This document shows positions 8,978 through 21,778 of a DNA stretch of 64,000 nucleotides, piece by piece (the first letter of the stretch is position 1; each line of letters opens with the position of its first letter). The notes beneath the pieces were generated by a model that was not told the DNA's origin, did not search any database, and saw nothing but the letters and a program-made list of their open reading frames with translations. This DNA comes from Pricia sp. (GTDB lineage: Bacteria; Bacteroidota; Bacteroidia; Flavobacteriales; Flavobacteriaceae): the NCBI RefSeq assembly GCF_041745955.1, contig NZ_JBGTHY010000538.1:148-64147 (forward strand), in the 5' to 3' direction. Made by a program: the position numbers and the translations under genes.

Positions 8978-9217
8978 ATGACGGTAGCACAGTTGAAAAG
9001 AGGGCAAAAGGGAATCATCAGGGAGTTTGCCGATGACAACCTTCCGATAAAATTATTGGAACTGGGCTGCTTGCCCGGCAATGCCATCGAACTTGTACAG
9101 ATCGCCCCTTTCAACGACCCTATCTATATCAATGTCAACGGATGCCATATCGCCATACGCCGCGAAACGGCACTGCTCATAGAACTTGATATTATTGACG
9201 ACACCCGTGCGCTATGA
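8978..9217 (+). CDS. feoA: Ferrous iron transport protein A
   Basis: KLLELGCLPG...APFNDPIYI...IAIRR; overlaps the feoB start. Confidence 0.93.
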   Translation: MTVAQLKRGQKGIIREFADDNLPIKLLELGCLPGNAIELVQIAPFNDPIYINVNGCHIAIRRETALLIELDIIDDTRAL

Positions 9218-11451
9218 GCAAGCAGATCAACGTAGCCCTAATTGGTAACCCCAACACCGGAAAGACCTCTGTTTTCAACCAACTGACGGGCCTGAAACAG
9301 AAAGTCGGCAACTACCCCGGCATTACCGTTGAAAAAAAGGAGGGAATCTGCAAATTGCCCAGAGGCGTAAAGGCCCATATTCTTGATCTGCCCGGCACCT
9401 ATAGCCTGAACACGACTTCTTTGGATGAAAGCGTTGCCGTCGAGCTACTGCTGAACAAAAACGATAAAGACCATCCCGATGTAGCCGTCGTAATTTCGGA
9501 CGTCGAGAACCTGAAACGTAACCTTTTACTGTTCACACAGGTGAAAGACCTCAATATACCCGCCATTCTGGTCATCAATATGTCGGACCGTATGTCGCGA
9601 CGGGGTATTTCTTTGGATGTCGAACTACTGGAGGAAAAACTGGATACCAAAATCGCCCTCGTAAGTACTCGGAAAGGTACGGGCATCGATACCTTAAAAA
9701 ATCTAATTGCCGATTACAGGACGCTTTCCGCTGCAAAAAATGTAGATGTTACCGTGATTGCTCCCGATTATTTCGAAAAACTAAAGAAAACCTTTCCGAA
9801 ACAAGACCTCTACAAGCTATGGTTGGTCATCACCCAAGATGTCAACTTTATGCGCATCGACAAAAAGCTGGTCGAGGATCCCACATCGTTGTATACCAAG
9901 CCAAAATCGGAATTGAAACGCCTTCAGCAGAAAGAGACCATTCTCCGTTACCAGTTTATCAATGGCATTCTTAAGGAAACCTATAAAGTAGATCCGACTG
10001 CGGCAAAAGGGCTCAGGGCATCCGCGGACAAGATACTGATGCACAAAGTCTTCGGCTATGTGATTTTTTTAATGATCCTGTTGCTCATTTTCCAGGCCAT
10101 CTATGCATGGAGCGAATTTCCGATGGACATGATCGACGAGTTTTTCGCGGCCGCCAGCGAATGGGTGAAAGATACCCTACCAGCAGGGGTATTAACCAAT
10201 CTTATTGCCGAAGGTATCTTGGCCGGTATCGGTGGAATCGTGATATTTATTCCCCAGATTGCTTTCCTGTTCTTTTTTATCTCCCTTTTGGAAGAAACAG
10301 GTTATATGAGCCGGGTCGTGTTCTTGATGGACAGATTAATGCGTCCTTTCGGGCTTAGCGGTAAGAGTGTCGTACCCTTGATGTCGGGTACCGCCTGTGC
10401 CATTCCCGCCGTGATGGCCACCCGTACCATCGAAAATTGGAAGGAACGTTTGATCACCATCTTAGTCATCCCTTTTACGACTTGCTCTGCCCGTCTGCCG
10501 ATATATCTCATCATCATTGCACTGGTCATTCCCGAAGGCACTTTTTTGGGGCTTAGCTTTAAGGCGCTGACCCTGATGCTATTGTATCTAATCGGTTTCG
10601 CTACCTCCGTGCTGTCCGCCATGCTGCTGAACAAGATATTGAAGATGAAAGGTCGTTCGTTTTTTGTGGTTGAAATGCCGAACTACAAACTCCCTCTTTT
10701 TAAAAACGTAGCCTACACGGTTTGGGAAAAGACAAAAAGTTTCGTTTTCGGGGCCGGAAAGATCATCTTGGCCATATCGATCGTACTCTGGTTTTTGGGT
10801 TCGAACGGTTATTCGGAGGATTTCAGGAACGCCGAAAGTATCGTTACCCAACGTATCGAAGCGCAGGGATTTTCGACCTACAGCCAAAACTATATGGCCA
10901 AAAAATTCTCGAACTACAAAAAGGACAATAAGGTAAGTGTTATCGACCAGCCGAACACCATGGGCCTAAGCACTCTTCAAGATAGTCTGAAAACACAGTC
11001 CGAAACCTTGAAAGAGCGGGCAAAAAATCAGGAGATCGCAAGTTACAAACTAGAGCATTCGTACATCGGATATATGGGAAAAGCCATCGAGCCGATCGTA
11101 AGACCCCTCGGCTACGATTGGAAAATAGGTATCGCCGTACTGACCTCCTTTGCAGCCCGGGAAGTTTTTGTGGGTACCTTGGCCACCATTTACAGCGTTG
11201 GCAGCGATGAGGAACAGACCATCCAGAACCGAATGGCCGCGGAAGTGAACCCCAGGACCAAAAAACCCTTGTTCAATCTGGCCTCCGGTATTTCGCTATT
11301 GCTGTTCTACGCCTTCGCAATGCAGTGTATGAGTACCCTCGCCATCGTAAAACGGGAAACCAACAGCTGGAAATGGCCCATGGGGCAATTGGTTTTTATG
11401 AGTGCTTTTGCTTATATTGTGGCCTTGGTGGCGTATCAGGTGATGAAATGA
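9214..11451 (+). CDS. feoB: Ferrous iron transport protein B
   Basis: GNPNTGKT, DLPG and NMSD GTPase motifs plus a multi-pass membrane domain. Confidence 0.97.
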   Translation: MSKQINVALIGNPNTGKTSVFNQLTGLKQKVGNYPGITVEKKEGICKLPRGVKAHILDLPGTYSLNTTSLDESVAVELLLNKNDKDHPDVAVVISDVENLKRNLLLFTQVKDLNIPAILVINMSDRMSRRGISLDVELLEEKLDTKIALVSTRKGTGIDTLKNLIADYRTLSAAKNVDVTVIAPDYFEKLKKTFPKQDLYKLWLVITQDVNFMRIDKKLVEDPTSLYTKPKSELKRLQQKETILRYQFINGILKETYKVDPTAAKGLRASADKILMHKVFGYVIFLMILLLIFQAIYAWSEFPMDMIDEFFAAASEWVKDTLPAGVLTNLIAEGILAGIGGIVIFIPQIAFLFFFISLLEETGYMSRVVFLMDRLMRPFGLSGKSVVPLMSGTACAIPAVMATRTIENWKERLITILVIPFTTCSARLPIYLIIIALVIPEGTFLGLSFKALTLMLLYLIGFATSVLSAMLLNKILKMKGRSFFVVEMPNYKLPLFKNVAYTVWEKTKSFVFGAGKIILAISIVLWFLGSNGYSEDFRNAESIVTQRIEAQGFSTYSQNYMAKKFSNYKKDNKVSVIDQPNTMGLSTLQDSLKTQSETLKERAKNQEIASYKLEHSYIGYMGKAIEPIVRPLGYDWKIGIAVLTSFAAREVFVGTLATIYSVGSDEEQTIQNRMAAEVNPRTKKPLFNLASGISLLLFYAFAMQCMSTLAIVKRETNSWKWPMGQLVFMSAFAYIVALVAYQVMK

Positions 11452-11551
11452 GAGCAAAGGGGATAAAATAGAGAAATGAGACTTTAAAAAGTGGGTAGTG
11501 GCAGTCGCGGTAGGTAGTTATAAATTTAAACCGGGCAACTAAAATCAAAAA

Positions 11552-11701
11552 ATGGATATTCTTCAAAACATATTGGTCTATAGTATTCTCGCAGTTGCTG
11601 TTGGTTATCTTGTCAAGAAGTTTTTGTTGCCGAAATCTTTGTTCGCATCGGGAAAAGGGGATGCCAAAGGCTGCGGACAGGATGATTGTGGGTGTCATTA
11701 A
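11552..11701 (+). CDS. FeoB-associated Cys-rich small membrane protein (49 aa)
   Basis: Manual translation MDILQNILVYSILAVAVGYLVKKFLLPKSLFASGKGDAKGCGQDDCGCH*. Confidence 0.8.
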   Translation: MDILQNILVYSILAVAVGYLVKKFLLPKSLFASGKGDAKGCGQDDCGCH

Positions 11702-11770
11702 GAGGATAGCCTATTGGAATAAAAAAGCCACCGAAATCGGCAGCTGTTATCTTTTTAAGTTTTGCCTATT

Positions 11771-11941
11771 TTACTTGACAATGATTTGATGCACTTCGTC
11801 AATTTTCTTTCCCAATATCTTTAGGAAATAATTGCCCTTTCGTAAGTTGGATACATCGATACAAGAACATTCAATTGCTATATCGAATTCTTGTTGTAGT
11901 ACGGGATTACCCCCTAATGTTTCCCCATATAAAAAAGAAAT
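11771..11941 (-). pseudogene. Orphan T9SS type-A C-terminal sorting domain fragment
   Basis: Start-less frame ...LGGNPVLQQEF...IDVSNLRKGNYFLKILGKKIDEVHQIIVK*. Confidence 0.55.
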
Positions 11942-12351
11942 TTAATCCTCAAGGAATGGCCTGGCACACGATTGGTACGACCTAAAAATCGGTTTCGCCG
12001 TTCGCTCTTTTATATTTGATGTAGCCAAGCCCTGATATCCTATCCAATAAATCAAAATGGTAGAGCCCAAGGGGAGTGCATCTACGATTAAATTATAAGT
12101 CACTATACTTTCAATTGCTATAACTTTCTGGTGCATAAGAAGTATGACCACACATCTTGCTAAAAATTCGAAGAAATATAAGTGTTATCGATCAGCCAAG
12201 ATTGCAGGTTGTTCATCGACAGGAAAAAAACGAACAGGTTCAAGAAAAGTATCGCACTTTCCAGCTTCTTTCTTGACCAAAAGGTTGCGATGTCGAACAC
12301 AAAACCCTGAACTGCTCCGGCAATAAGTAGAAAATTGAAAACAGCGGTCAT
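11942..12351 (-). pseudogene. Degraded membrane-anchored AraC-type regulator (TM fragments only)
   Basis: Fragments FNFLLIAGAVQGF...LFLNLFVFFLSMNNLQSWL and ILIYWIGYQG are separated by a stop; no HTH domain present. Confidence 0.5.
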
Positions 12352-12645
12352 TGTTGGTCAGTAGGGTTGTTAGTGTCCACAAGATAAAAAAATTCGGGGC
12401 ATCCCACCTTTTGAGCTAATCTGTTACTGTCCGATTGTATGGGAAATACTTTGAGAAGATCTATTCCTGCCGCTGCTATTCAAAGGGTAGTGCTCTCATT
12501 AATTAGTTCTCAACCTTGTTAAAGTAAAACCACCTCAGAGTTCGCCTTCCGTTAATAAAAAAATAATTCAGTACTAAAAAAATCAAAAACAGGGGGCTTT
12601 GTTCGATTGCTATTGCTTTTTTTGAGGAATCAAGATCGAAATTTC

Positions 12646-14199
12646 ATGCCTAACGCCCAAAAACTGAGTTTACCCCTTCTTTTTCTTAGTATGTTTTATT
12701 CCGCAAGTGCGCTACAAGCCCAAAGCCTGAGCTCGGTCATCATCGATTCTGTCACCAAAAATCCGGTTCCCTATGCTACGGTGCAGTTGAACAACAGGGG
12801 CATGATCACGAACGAAGAGGGGCGGTTCAAATTTTCCTTTGACCAAAATATTAGGGAAAACGATTCGCTGTTTATTTCAAGTATCGGCTATGAATCCCTC
12901 GGAAAACCGATCAGTGAGTTTACCGATAGCGTTATTGTGTTGCGGCCCAAGGCCATTGAACTGAAAGAGGTAATTGTTTCAAACAAAGAATACACGCCTA
13001 GGGAAATTATCGAATTGGTCGAGGATAACATCGAGAAAAACTACTTTACAGATTTCACCAAAAAGCGGGTTTTCCTGCGGGAAACCTATCAGAACGAGGT
13101 TTTAAAGGCCGACTACGAACTTAAGGAATCGACCATTGCGGCCTTTAACGAAAGTTTTCTGGACAGTGTCATCCGCAGTTTTCCAAAGAAAAACACCTAC
13201 TATACCGAAATGCTGGGCGACCTGTACGGCAACGACGATGCCGACAATCAAAAATTGGATTTAATCAAGGCTTCCGAGATGTACGATAAGGACAAAAACC
13301 TGGATGTGGAAAAATTGGAGGAGAAGTTCAACCAGATAGTGAAGGAAAATATTAAATCCGACTCGTATTTCAAGATTAAGTCCGGATGGTTTTTTGGCAC
13401 TAAGGTCGATGCCGACGAGATGGGAGACCTTTTCAAAGAGGATATTGACTCCACCGATGTGGCCGCCCTGAACAAAAGGTTGGCCGAAGAAAAAAAGCAA
13501 AAAGAAGAACGCCGGAAAAACTTTTCAGGTTATAAGGGTCGTGTGCTAAGCGACCTTATCAAAAACCTCCCGATTTTTGGCGATACCGATTACAACATCA
13601 TTTTTAAGCCCGGGAGATATGAGCTCACCTTAAAAAATTTCACCTATCTCGGCGACCAAGCGGTCTATGTCATCGATTTCGTACCCGACGGCTCCCCTGA
13701 ATACAGGGGCCAGCTCTACATCAACGCCGACGATTTTGCCCTGATCCGAATGGATTTCGAAAACACCGAAGCTTTGCGGGACTTTAATCTGCTCGGTGTT
13801 TCAATCAATGAATATCTCGCCAAGGGCAGTATTCTGTTCGCCAAGGGCACCGACGAAAAATACCATTTGCGGTACTATGACATTATTAAAGGGGTACGGG
13901 CAGGTGTCAAAAGACCGTTAAAGATTATAGAAAAGAACAAAAACGTAAAAGGCAGAACAAAGCAGAACGAATTGTCTATGAAAGTAGATGCTGCGTTCGG
14001 CAATGTCAATCGCTACGAATTGGTCGTCTTCGATGAAGAACCGATCAATGAAAACCAATTCGAAAACTTTAAGGAAAACAACGAAATACTGCCGACCTAT
14101 ATGCCTAACTACGACCCTGAATTTTGGAAAGGCTACAATATCATGGAACCCAATCAGGCCATTAAAGCGTTTACTTCGGAGGCCGAACTCACAGAATGA
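12646..14199 (+). CDS. Secreted protein with carboxypeptidase-like regulatory (CarboxypepD_reg) domain
   Basis: Signal peptide; IIDSVTKNPVPYATV...TNEEGRF...SIGY...LKEVIV. Confidence 0.8.
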   Translation: MPNAQKLSLPLLFLSMFYSASALQAQSLSSVIIDSVTKNPVPYATVQLNNRGMITNEEGRFKFSFDQNIRENDSLFISSIGYESLGKPISEFTDSVIVLRPKAIELKEVIVSNKEYTPREIIELVEDNIEKNYFTDFTKKRVFLRETYQNEVLKADYELKESTIAAFNESFLDSVIRSFPKKNTYYTEMLGDLYGNDDADNQKLDLIKASEMYDKDKNLDVEKLEEKFNQIVKENIKSDSYFKIKSGWFFGTKVDADEMGDLFKEDIDSTDVAALNKRLAEEKKQKEERRKNFSGYKGRVLSDLIKNLPIFGDTDYNIIFKPGRYELTLKNFTYLGDQAVYVIDFVPDGSPEYRGQLYINADDFALIRMDFENTEALRDFNLLGVSINEYLAKGSILFAKGTDEKYHLRYYDIIKGVRAGVKRPLKIIEKNKNVKGRTKQNELSMKVDAAFGNVNRYELVVFDEEPINENQFENFKENNEILPTYMPNYDPEFWKGYNIMEPNQAIKAFTSEAELTE

Positions 14200-14339
14200 A
14201 CGGGCATGATTATGTCAATGAAGTTTAGGATGTTGCATGACGAAATACGACCTGCCCCAACCATAGGTTTTTGATCGCAGGGCCAACTTAATACATTATT
14301 TTTTACCGCAATAGGATATAAGGCAAACTCTTGGACAAA

Positions 14340-14726
14340 TCAGAAATACCGCCCTACAAACTGATACAGCAAAAGACCCCACCCCACTACCAAAAGTAAT
14401 CCGCCTAAAGGCGTTATCGGCCCCAAAAAGCTCCATTTTTTACCTTTGGAGGCGCTTAATGCAAGTCCATAAATGCTAAACGAAAATAGGAACGCACCGA
14501 TTAGAAAACAGTAGACCATATATTTCTGTGGGGGAGTATCCAAATTAAAATTGAAGCCTAGCATAATCAATACGAGGGCATGGTACATCTGATATTTGAC
14601 ACCGGTCTCGAAACTTTTCCGCTGTTCTTCCGAAAAGGATTTCTTAAGGGCATGTGCGCCGAAAGCGCCGAGGATTATGGCCAGAAGGCCGTAAAGTGCA
14701 CCGAAAAACTGCGCAACTAGAACCAT
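14340..14726 (-). CDS. DUF423 family membrane protein
   Basis: LGAFGAH, YQMYH and LGPITPLGG motifs. Confidence 0.9.
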   Translation of the reverse strand: MVLVAQFFGALYGLLAIILGAFGAHALKKSFSEEQRKSFETGVKYQMYHALVLIMLGFNFNLDTPPQKYMVYCFLIGAFLFSFSIYGLALSASKGKKWSFLGPITPLGGLLLVVGWGLLLYQFVGRYF

Positions 14727-15030
14727 ATCGTTTTGTTTAAATCAAAGATAGGGTTTCTGGATTGTTTTTCTGGTAAGCATAGAAATCACCACAACGTCTT
14801 TTCGAGACGGCCTAAAGGTCCAGGCGGGTCGAGCTGCAACGCAAATCAAAATCACCACATCGTCGAGACCCTCTACAAAACTTGAAAAACGGCGGTAATG
14901 ACATAATTGTCAATTTTCAATAAATCAGTCAATTTTGTCAATGATAGTTTTCCCTGAGCTAGGTAGAAGGGAACGCTAGCCAAGACGTGTAGTCTTTTAA
15001 TGGACGTATTGTCAATGGCCGTTTATTACC

Positions 15031-15399
15031 TCAATTGTTTTCATCGTAAAAAAACTGCTCCTTCACGATTTTACCGTCTTGAACCTGATAGACCGCGATT
15101 TCCGACATTTTTGAGCGTTGACCGGAAGGTTTGTGGGTGGTGTCCATATCGAACCTTACCGAGAACCAATTGTCGGCAACGAGCGGGTCGGAGACTTCCG
15201 TAGAATGCACCTCGAAATTCTCTTGCCACCACTCCCCTTTCTTCTTTATTCCTTCGAAGCCTTCGACATAGGCGCCTTCGGCCTTGCCGTCGTTTTCAAT
15301 ACTTACGATTTTGGGACTGTACAATTCTTGGTAAGGCTTTTCAAAAGCACCTTGTTTACAATAATCCACCAGTTTTTTGGCTATTTCCTTTGTTTCCAT
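15031..15399 (-). CDS. SnoaL/NTF2-like protein
   Basis: EIAVYQVQDGKIVKEQFFY C-terminus. Confidence 0.85.
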   Translation of the reverse strand: METKEIAKKLVDYCKQGAFEKPYQELYSPKIVSIENDGKAEGAYVEGFEGIKKKGEWWQENFEVHSTEVSDPLVADNWFSVRFDMDTTHKPSGQRSKMSEIAVYQVQDGKIVKEQFFYDENN

Positions 15400-15575
15400 G
15401 ATGTTTTTATTTTATTGATTAGAACAACAAATTACGACACATCCGTTTGTAAAACAACAGCTTAAAAAAACTTAATGGCGATTTAACGCAAAAGTGGATT
15501 AACGATGGCAAAGCGTATGTTTAAAATCAGGGCGTTGCTATTCGAAAGTAAATTGAGTGACCGAAAGATGATAGC

Positions 15576-15989
15576 CTATTTAATGGGTACGGATATCGAC
15601 TGATCCGAAGTAAGCTCGAACGAACACTCTTCGAAACTTGGAGGGCCAAAAGTTTTCATCTTTCCCTTAGAAAATCCTAAGGGCTCCTTTGGAATACCGA
15701 GTGCGTTCGTATCAAGCTCGTCGTTGCCATTTTCGTCGTGAAAAACGGCTAGGGCGTACGTGCCTTTAGGCAAGTCCTCGAGTACCACCTTTGTACTTCC
15801 CTTTTGGCTGGGCGCACTTTCTGCTTTGAATACTTTATCGAATTTGAGGAAATTTTCTTTAGTATCGTAGACGGCTACGCTGACCTTTCCCTCGTTCGAT
15901 TTAACGTTCTTAACGGTAACTGTAAGGTCGAATTGTGCCATTGTGAACAAGGGAAGTAAAAGGAAAAGAGAAAGTAATTTCATAATCAT
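15576..15989 (-). CDS. DUF2141 family protein
   Basis: LPKGTYALAVFHDENGN...GIPKEPLGFS. Confidence 0.9.
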   Translation of the reverse strand: MIMKLLSLFLLLPLFTMAQFDLTVTVKNVKSNEGKVSVAVYDTKENFLKFDKVFKAESAPSQKGSTKVVLEDLPKGTYALAVFHDENGNDELDTNALGIPKEPLGFSKGKMKTFGPPSFEECSFELTSDQSISVPIK

Positions 15990-16040
15990 GGTATTTTTTT
16001 AAGTTCAGAATATTTCCAAGTTTCAAAAAACATACCATAA

Positions 16041-16469
16041 TCAATCGGAGGGCTTTGGTAGTCTGTCCGCCAAGAACTGGTATATGTTTTGAGTGTCGGT
16101 AGAATCTTTAAAATTAAGGTAAAGTTTGAGGGAATCTTGATACGTTACGGCAATTTTTTGATTCGAAAAATTATCGACGAAAACGAAAACCTTCTTGTCC
16201 GTCAGCGAATCTTTGAATTCCCTATAGATGCCCTTGCCCATTTCTTGGGCCGAAAAACCGTTTAGGCGTTGCATGGGGGGAATTTTTTCCACAAACTTGA
16301 CACTGTCCAATTCCGAATACTTCAATTTTTTATAATAGAACCCGGAGAGGATTTTTATTTCGTTGGTGTCGGTGGACGTCCAATTTTTGTAATGCATGAC
16401 AAACGCCAACAGGCAAACGATGACGGTCGCTACCGCCAAGATATTCCATAGCCAAAGTCGCTTTTTCAA
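16041..16469 (-). CDS. Hypothetical single-TM protein
   Basis: 142-aa ORF with an N-terminal TM segment; TTG start. Confidence 0.7.
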   Translation of the reverse strand: MKKRLWLWNILAVATVIVCLLAFVMHYKNWTSTDTNEIKILSGFYYKKLKYSELDSVKFVEKIPPMQRLNGFSAQEMGKGIYREFKDSLTDKKVFVFVDNFSNQKIAVTYQDSLKLYLNFKDSTDTQNIYQFLADRLPKPSD

Positions 16470-16627
16470 ATTAAACCTTGTTTGTCATTCCCAATCCTAC
16501 TACTCAAACTATCCATACTGGATAATATTGTTTTATAGGGATGGTTTTTATGGGATAAAGGTAAAAAAAAGAGCCGCGGTATCTACCGAAGCTCTTTTCA
16601 AGACTAAATTGAGGTCAATAGGATGAC

Positions 16628-18886
<2,259 letters not shown>

Positions 18887-18955
18887 TTAAGTTTCCCATG
18901 GGCAATAAGCCATCCCATTTACTCGTTTAAAAGTAATAAAATTAGGATGAAATAC

Positions 18956-19002
18956 ATAGACAGTCCATATTAAAACATTATTAAACGATAGGAATTTCCT
19001 AT
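18956..19002. promoter_or_regulatory. OxyR/LysR-type operator upstream of katG
   Basis: ATAG-N7-ATAT (18956-18970) and ATAG-N7-CTAT (18988-19002). Confidence 0.6.
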
Positions 19003-19117
19003 GTAAACTTCCCGTGTTTCAAAGGTTGAAAAATCCCATGGAAATTCCGATAATTTTAAGTAATTTCCTACATCCGAGAATTAACCGTATTTTTAACCCG
19101 CCAAACTGAAACCTACC

Positions 19118-21319
19118 TTGGAAACAGTATCGATTAATTTTTTGATCAAGGACTCCCCAACAGCGGTTGCCATCCTGGATTTGGACATGTGTTTTATTAG
19201 CCATTCCGAAATTTGGCAACGCCAGCTCGCACCCGATTCCGGATCCCTTATCGGCAAATCCTATTACAATATCCTTCCAAACACGCCCGAAGCCCTTCGA
19301 AAAATATATTGCGATTGCCTTAAAGGGGCATCCAATAGTAACAAAGGAAGGAAATTCATAGCCGCAAACGGAGCAATTACATGGCTCAGTTGGAAGATAA
19401 ACAGCTGGAAAGACGACAATGGTAAAATAAAAGGACTGATAACTACACTAGAGGACATCACCGAGACCAAACGCAGGGAGGAACTGTTGATCAAGGCCCA
19501 AAAAGTAGCACGGATAGGAGCTTGGGAGGTAGATCTTTTTTCGGACAGGGTCTATTGGACTCAAATCACCAAGGAAATCCACGAGGTACCCCTAAATTAC
19601 GTACCAAGCTTGGAGGCGGGATTGAATTTTTACAAAAAAGGCGAGCATCGGGACAATATTACCCGATTGGTAAGCGATGCCATACGTGATGGCACTCCAT
19701 GGGATACCGAACTTATCATAATTACGGCGAAAGAAAATGAACTTTGGGTCAGGGCCAAGGGCGAGGTAGAAATCGTTGACGGCAGACCGGTGCGTATCTA
19801 TGGTACTTTTCAGGATATCGACGAAAAAAAGAAGACCGAGCTGAATTTTCTTAAGGCCACCGAAAGATTGGCCATTGCCACCAAAGCGGCCAATGTGGGT
19901 ATTTGGGACATGGATATCACCACTAAAAAATTGGTATGGGACGATAATATGTACCACCTCTACGGTATTGATAAAAAAGATTTTGAAAGTGAGTATCAGG
20001 CATGGCGGGCAGGGCTGCATCCGGACGATAGAACGCATGTTTACCAAGACATAGAATTGGCGCTATCCGGTAAAAAGGGATTCGATACCGAATTCCGTAT
20101 TATATGGCCCAACGGCAAAAAAAGGCATATAAAGGCAATGGCTGTGGTACAGAGGGATGCCGATGGTAACCCCATTAAAATGACAGGTACAAATTGGGAC
20201 ATCACCGATCTTAAGACCGTTCAGGGCAAACTACAAAAAAGTGAGGAATCCTTTGAGGCCGCCTTCGAAAGCTCCAATATCGGAATGGCCTTGGTCGGGC
20301 TTGACGGCAAATGGATCAAGGTCAACCAAAGTCTCTGCAACAGTTTGGGCTACAGTGAAGCCGATTTGATGCAGACGACCTTTCAAGAGCTGACCCATAC
20401 CGACGATTTGGATAAGGATCTAAGGCTATTTACCGAAGTTATCGAAGGAAAAAGACAGAGCTATCAAATCGAAAAACGGTATCACCACAAAAACGGACAT
20501 ATTGTCTATGTGATTCTGGCGGTTACGGCGGTGCGAAAAATCAACGGCAAACTATCCCATTTTATCTCCCAGATCATGGATATTTCCGCTCGGATAAACG
20601 CTGAAAAAAAGTTGAACCGTTTGGTAGACATTACCACAGAGCAGAACGATAGCCTTTTGAACTTTGCCCATATCGTCTCGCACAATCTACGATCACATTC
20701 CAGCAACCTATCAATGCTGTCCGGATTTTTGAGTACCGAGGAAAACGAAAGCGAGCAAAAGAATTTGGTTAATATGCTCCGTGACGCTTCAGAAAGTCTT
20801 AACGAAACCGTATTGCATTTGAACGAAGTGGTACAGGTAAAGGTAGATGCCCTCGACAAGATGAAACGGGTAAACCTTTACAGCACCATAATGTGCGTCG
20901 AAAAAAACCTAGGACTTCTTTTAGAGGAGAAAAATGCGGTATGTCATGTGGATATCGACAAAAACCTAGAAATCCGGGGAATATCCGCCTATCTGGATAG
21001 TATCTTTCTGAATCTATTTACCAATAGCATCAAGTATAGTTCACCTGAAAGAACACCCGTCATAACAATCGTTTCGGCACAGATCGAGGATAAGACCGTT
21101 CTTACATTTTCCGATAACGGTCTCGGTATCGACCTAAAGCGGCATGGCGATAAGCTTTTCGGAATGTACAAGACATTCCACAGAAACAAAGATGCCAAAG
21201 GAATAGGCCTGTTCATCACCAAAAACCAGATCGAGGCCATGAACGGCAGCATAGAAGTGGAGAGTACCGTCGATGTCGGCACCACTTTCAAGCTGTATTT
21301 TGATTCCGGATGCCCTTGA
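19118..21319 (+). CDS. Cytoplasmic multi-PAS sensor histidine kinase
   Basis: Several PAS/PAC repeats, SHNLRS H-box, DNGLG and GIGL G-boxes. Confidence 0.92.
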   Translation: METVSINFLIKDSPTAVAILDLDMCFISHSEIWQRQLAPDSGSLIGKSYYNILPNTPEALRKIYCDCLKGASNSNKGRKFIAANGAITWLSWKINSWKDDNGKIKGLITTLEDITETKRREELLIKAQKVARIGAWEVDLFSDRVYWTQITKEIHEVPLNYVPSLEAGLNFYKKGEHRDNITRLVSDAIRDGTPWDTELIIITAKENELWVRAKGEVEIVDGRPVRIYGTFQDIDEKKKTELNFLKATERLAIATKAANVGIWDMDITTKKLVWDDNMYHLYGIDKKDFESEYQAWRAGLHPDDRTHVYQDIELALSGKKGFDTEFRIIWPNGKKRHIKAMAVVQRDADGNPIKMTGTNWDITDLKTVQGKLQKSEESFEAAFESSNIGMALVGLDGKWIKVNQSLCNSLGYSEADLMQTTFQELTHTDDLDKDLRLFTEVIEGKRQSYQIEKRYHHKNGHIVYVILAVTAVRKINGKLSHFISQIMDISARINAEKKLNRLVDITTEQNDSLLNFAHIVSHNLRSHSSNLSMLSGFLSTEENESEQKNLVNMLRDASESLNETVLHLNEVVQVKVDALDKMKRVNLYSTIMCVEKNLGLLLEEKNAVCHVDIDKNLEIRGISAYLDSIFLNLFTNSIKYSSPERTPVITIVSAQIEDKTVLTFSDNGLGIDLKRHGDKLFGMYKTFHRNKDAKGIGLFITKNQIEAMNGSIEVESTVDVGTTFKLYFDSGCP

Positions 21320-21351
21320 CGGATCGATCTAAAATTGCTAAAAAAATTGAA

Positions 21352-21753
21352 ATGAAGAAAATTAAGACAGCCTGTATCATAGATGACGATCCTATCTTTA
21401 TCTATGGCACGAAACGCCTTATGGCAGAGGTGGATTTTTGCGAAACCGTTTTGGTATTCCAGAATGGGCAAGACGCTATTGATGGCCTACATAAAATTAC
21501 GGAAAGCGGTGAAAAACTTCCTTGCGTAATCTTCCTAGACCTAAACATGCCGGTAATGAACGGATGGGAATTTTTGGAGGATTTCGTTAAAATCCCCAAC
21601 CATAATCGGGAAAAAGTTCTTATTTATATCATCAGCTCTTCGGTCGATCCCCGGGATCTGGAACGGATAAAAAATTATGAAGTGGTCAACAACTATATTC
21701 TTAAACCCATTTCCAAGGAAGATTTGGAAAGTGCCCTTGAAAATATTTTCTAA
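21352..21753 (+). CDS. Single-domain response regulator
   Basis: IIDDD, FLDLNMPVMNG and KP motifs. Confidence 0.93.
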   Translation: MKKIKTACIIDDDPIFIYGTKRLMAEVDFCETVLVFQNGQDAIDGLHKITESGEKLPCVIFLDLNMPVMNGWEFLEDFVKIPNHNREKVLIYIISSSVDPRDLERIKNYEVVNNYILKPISKEDLESALENIF

Positions 21754-21778
21754 AATCATCGCTTATATCGAACCTTTC

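Noticed and set aside
14790-14990. Degenerate REP-like fragments (also ~8650-8745)
   Set aside because: Boundaries and pairing could not be defined reliably by eye.
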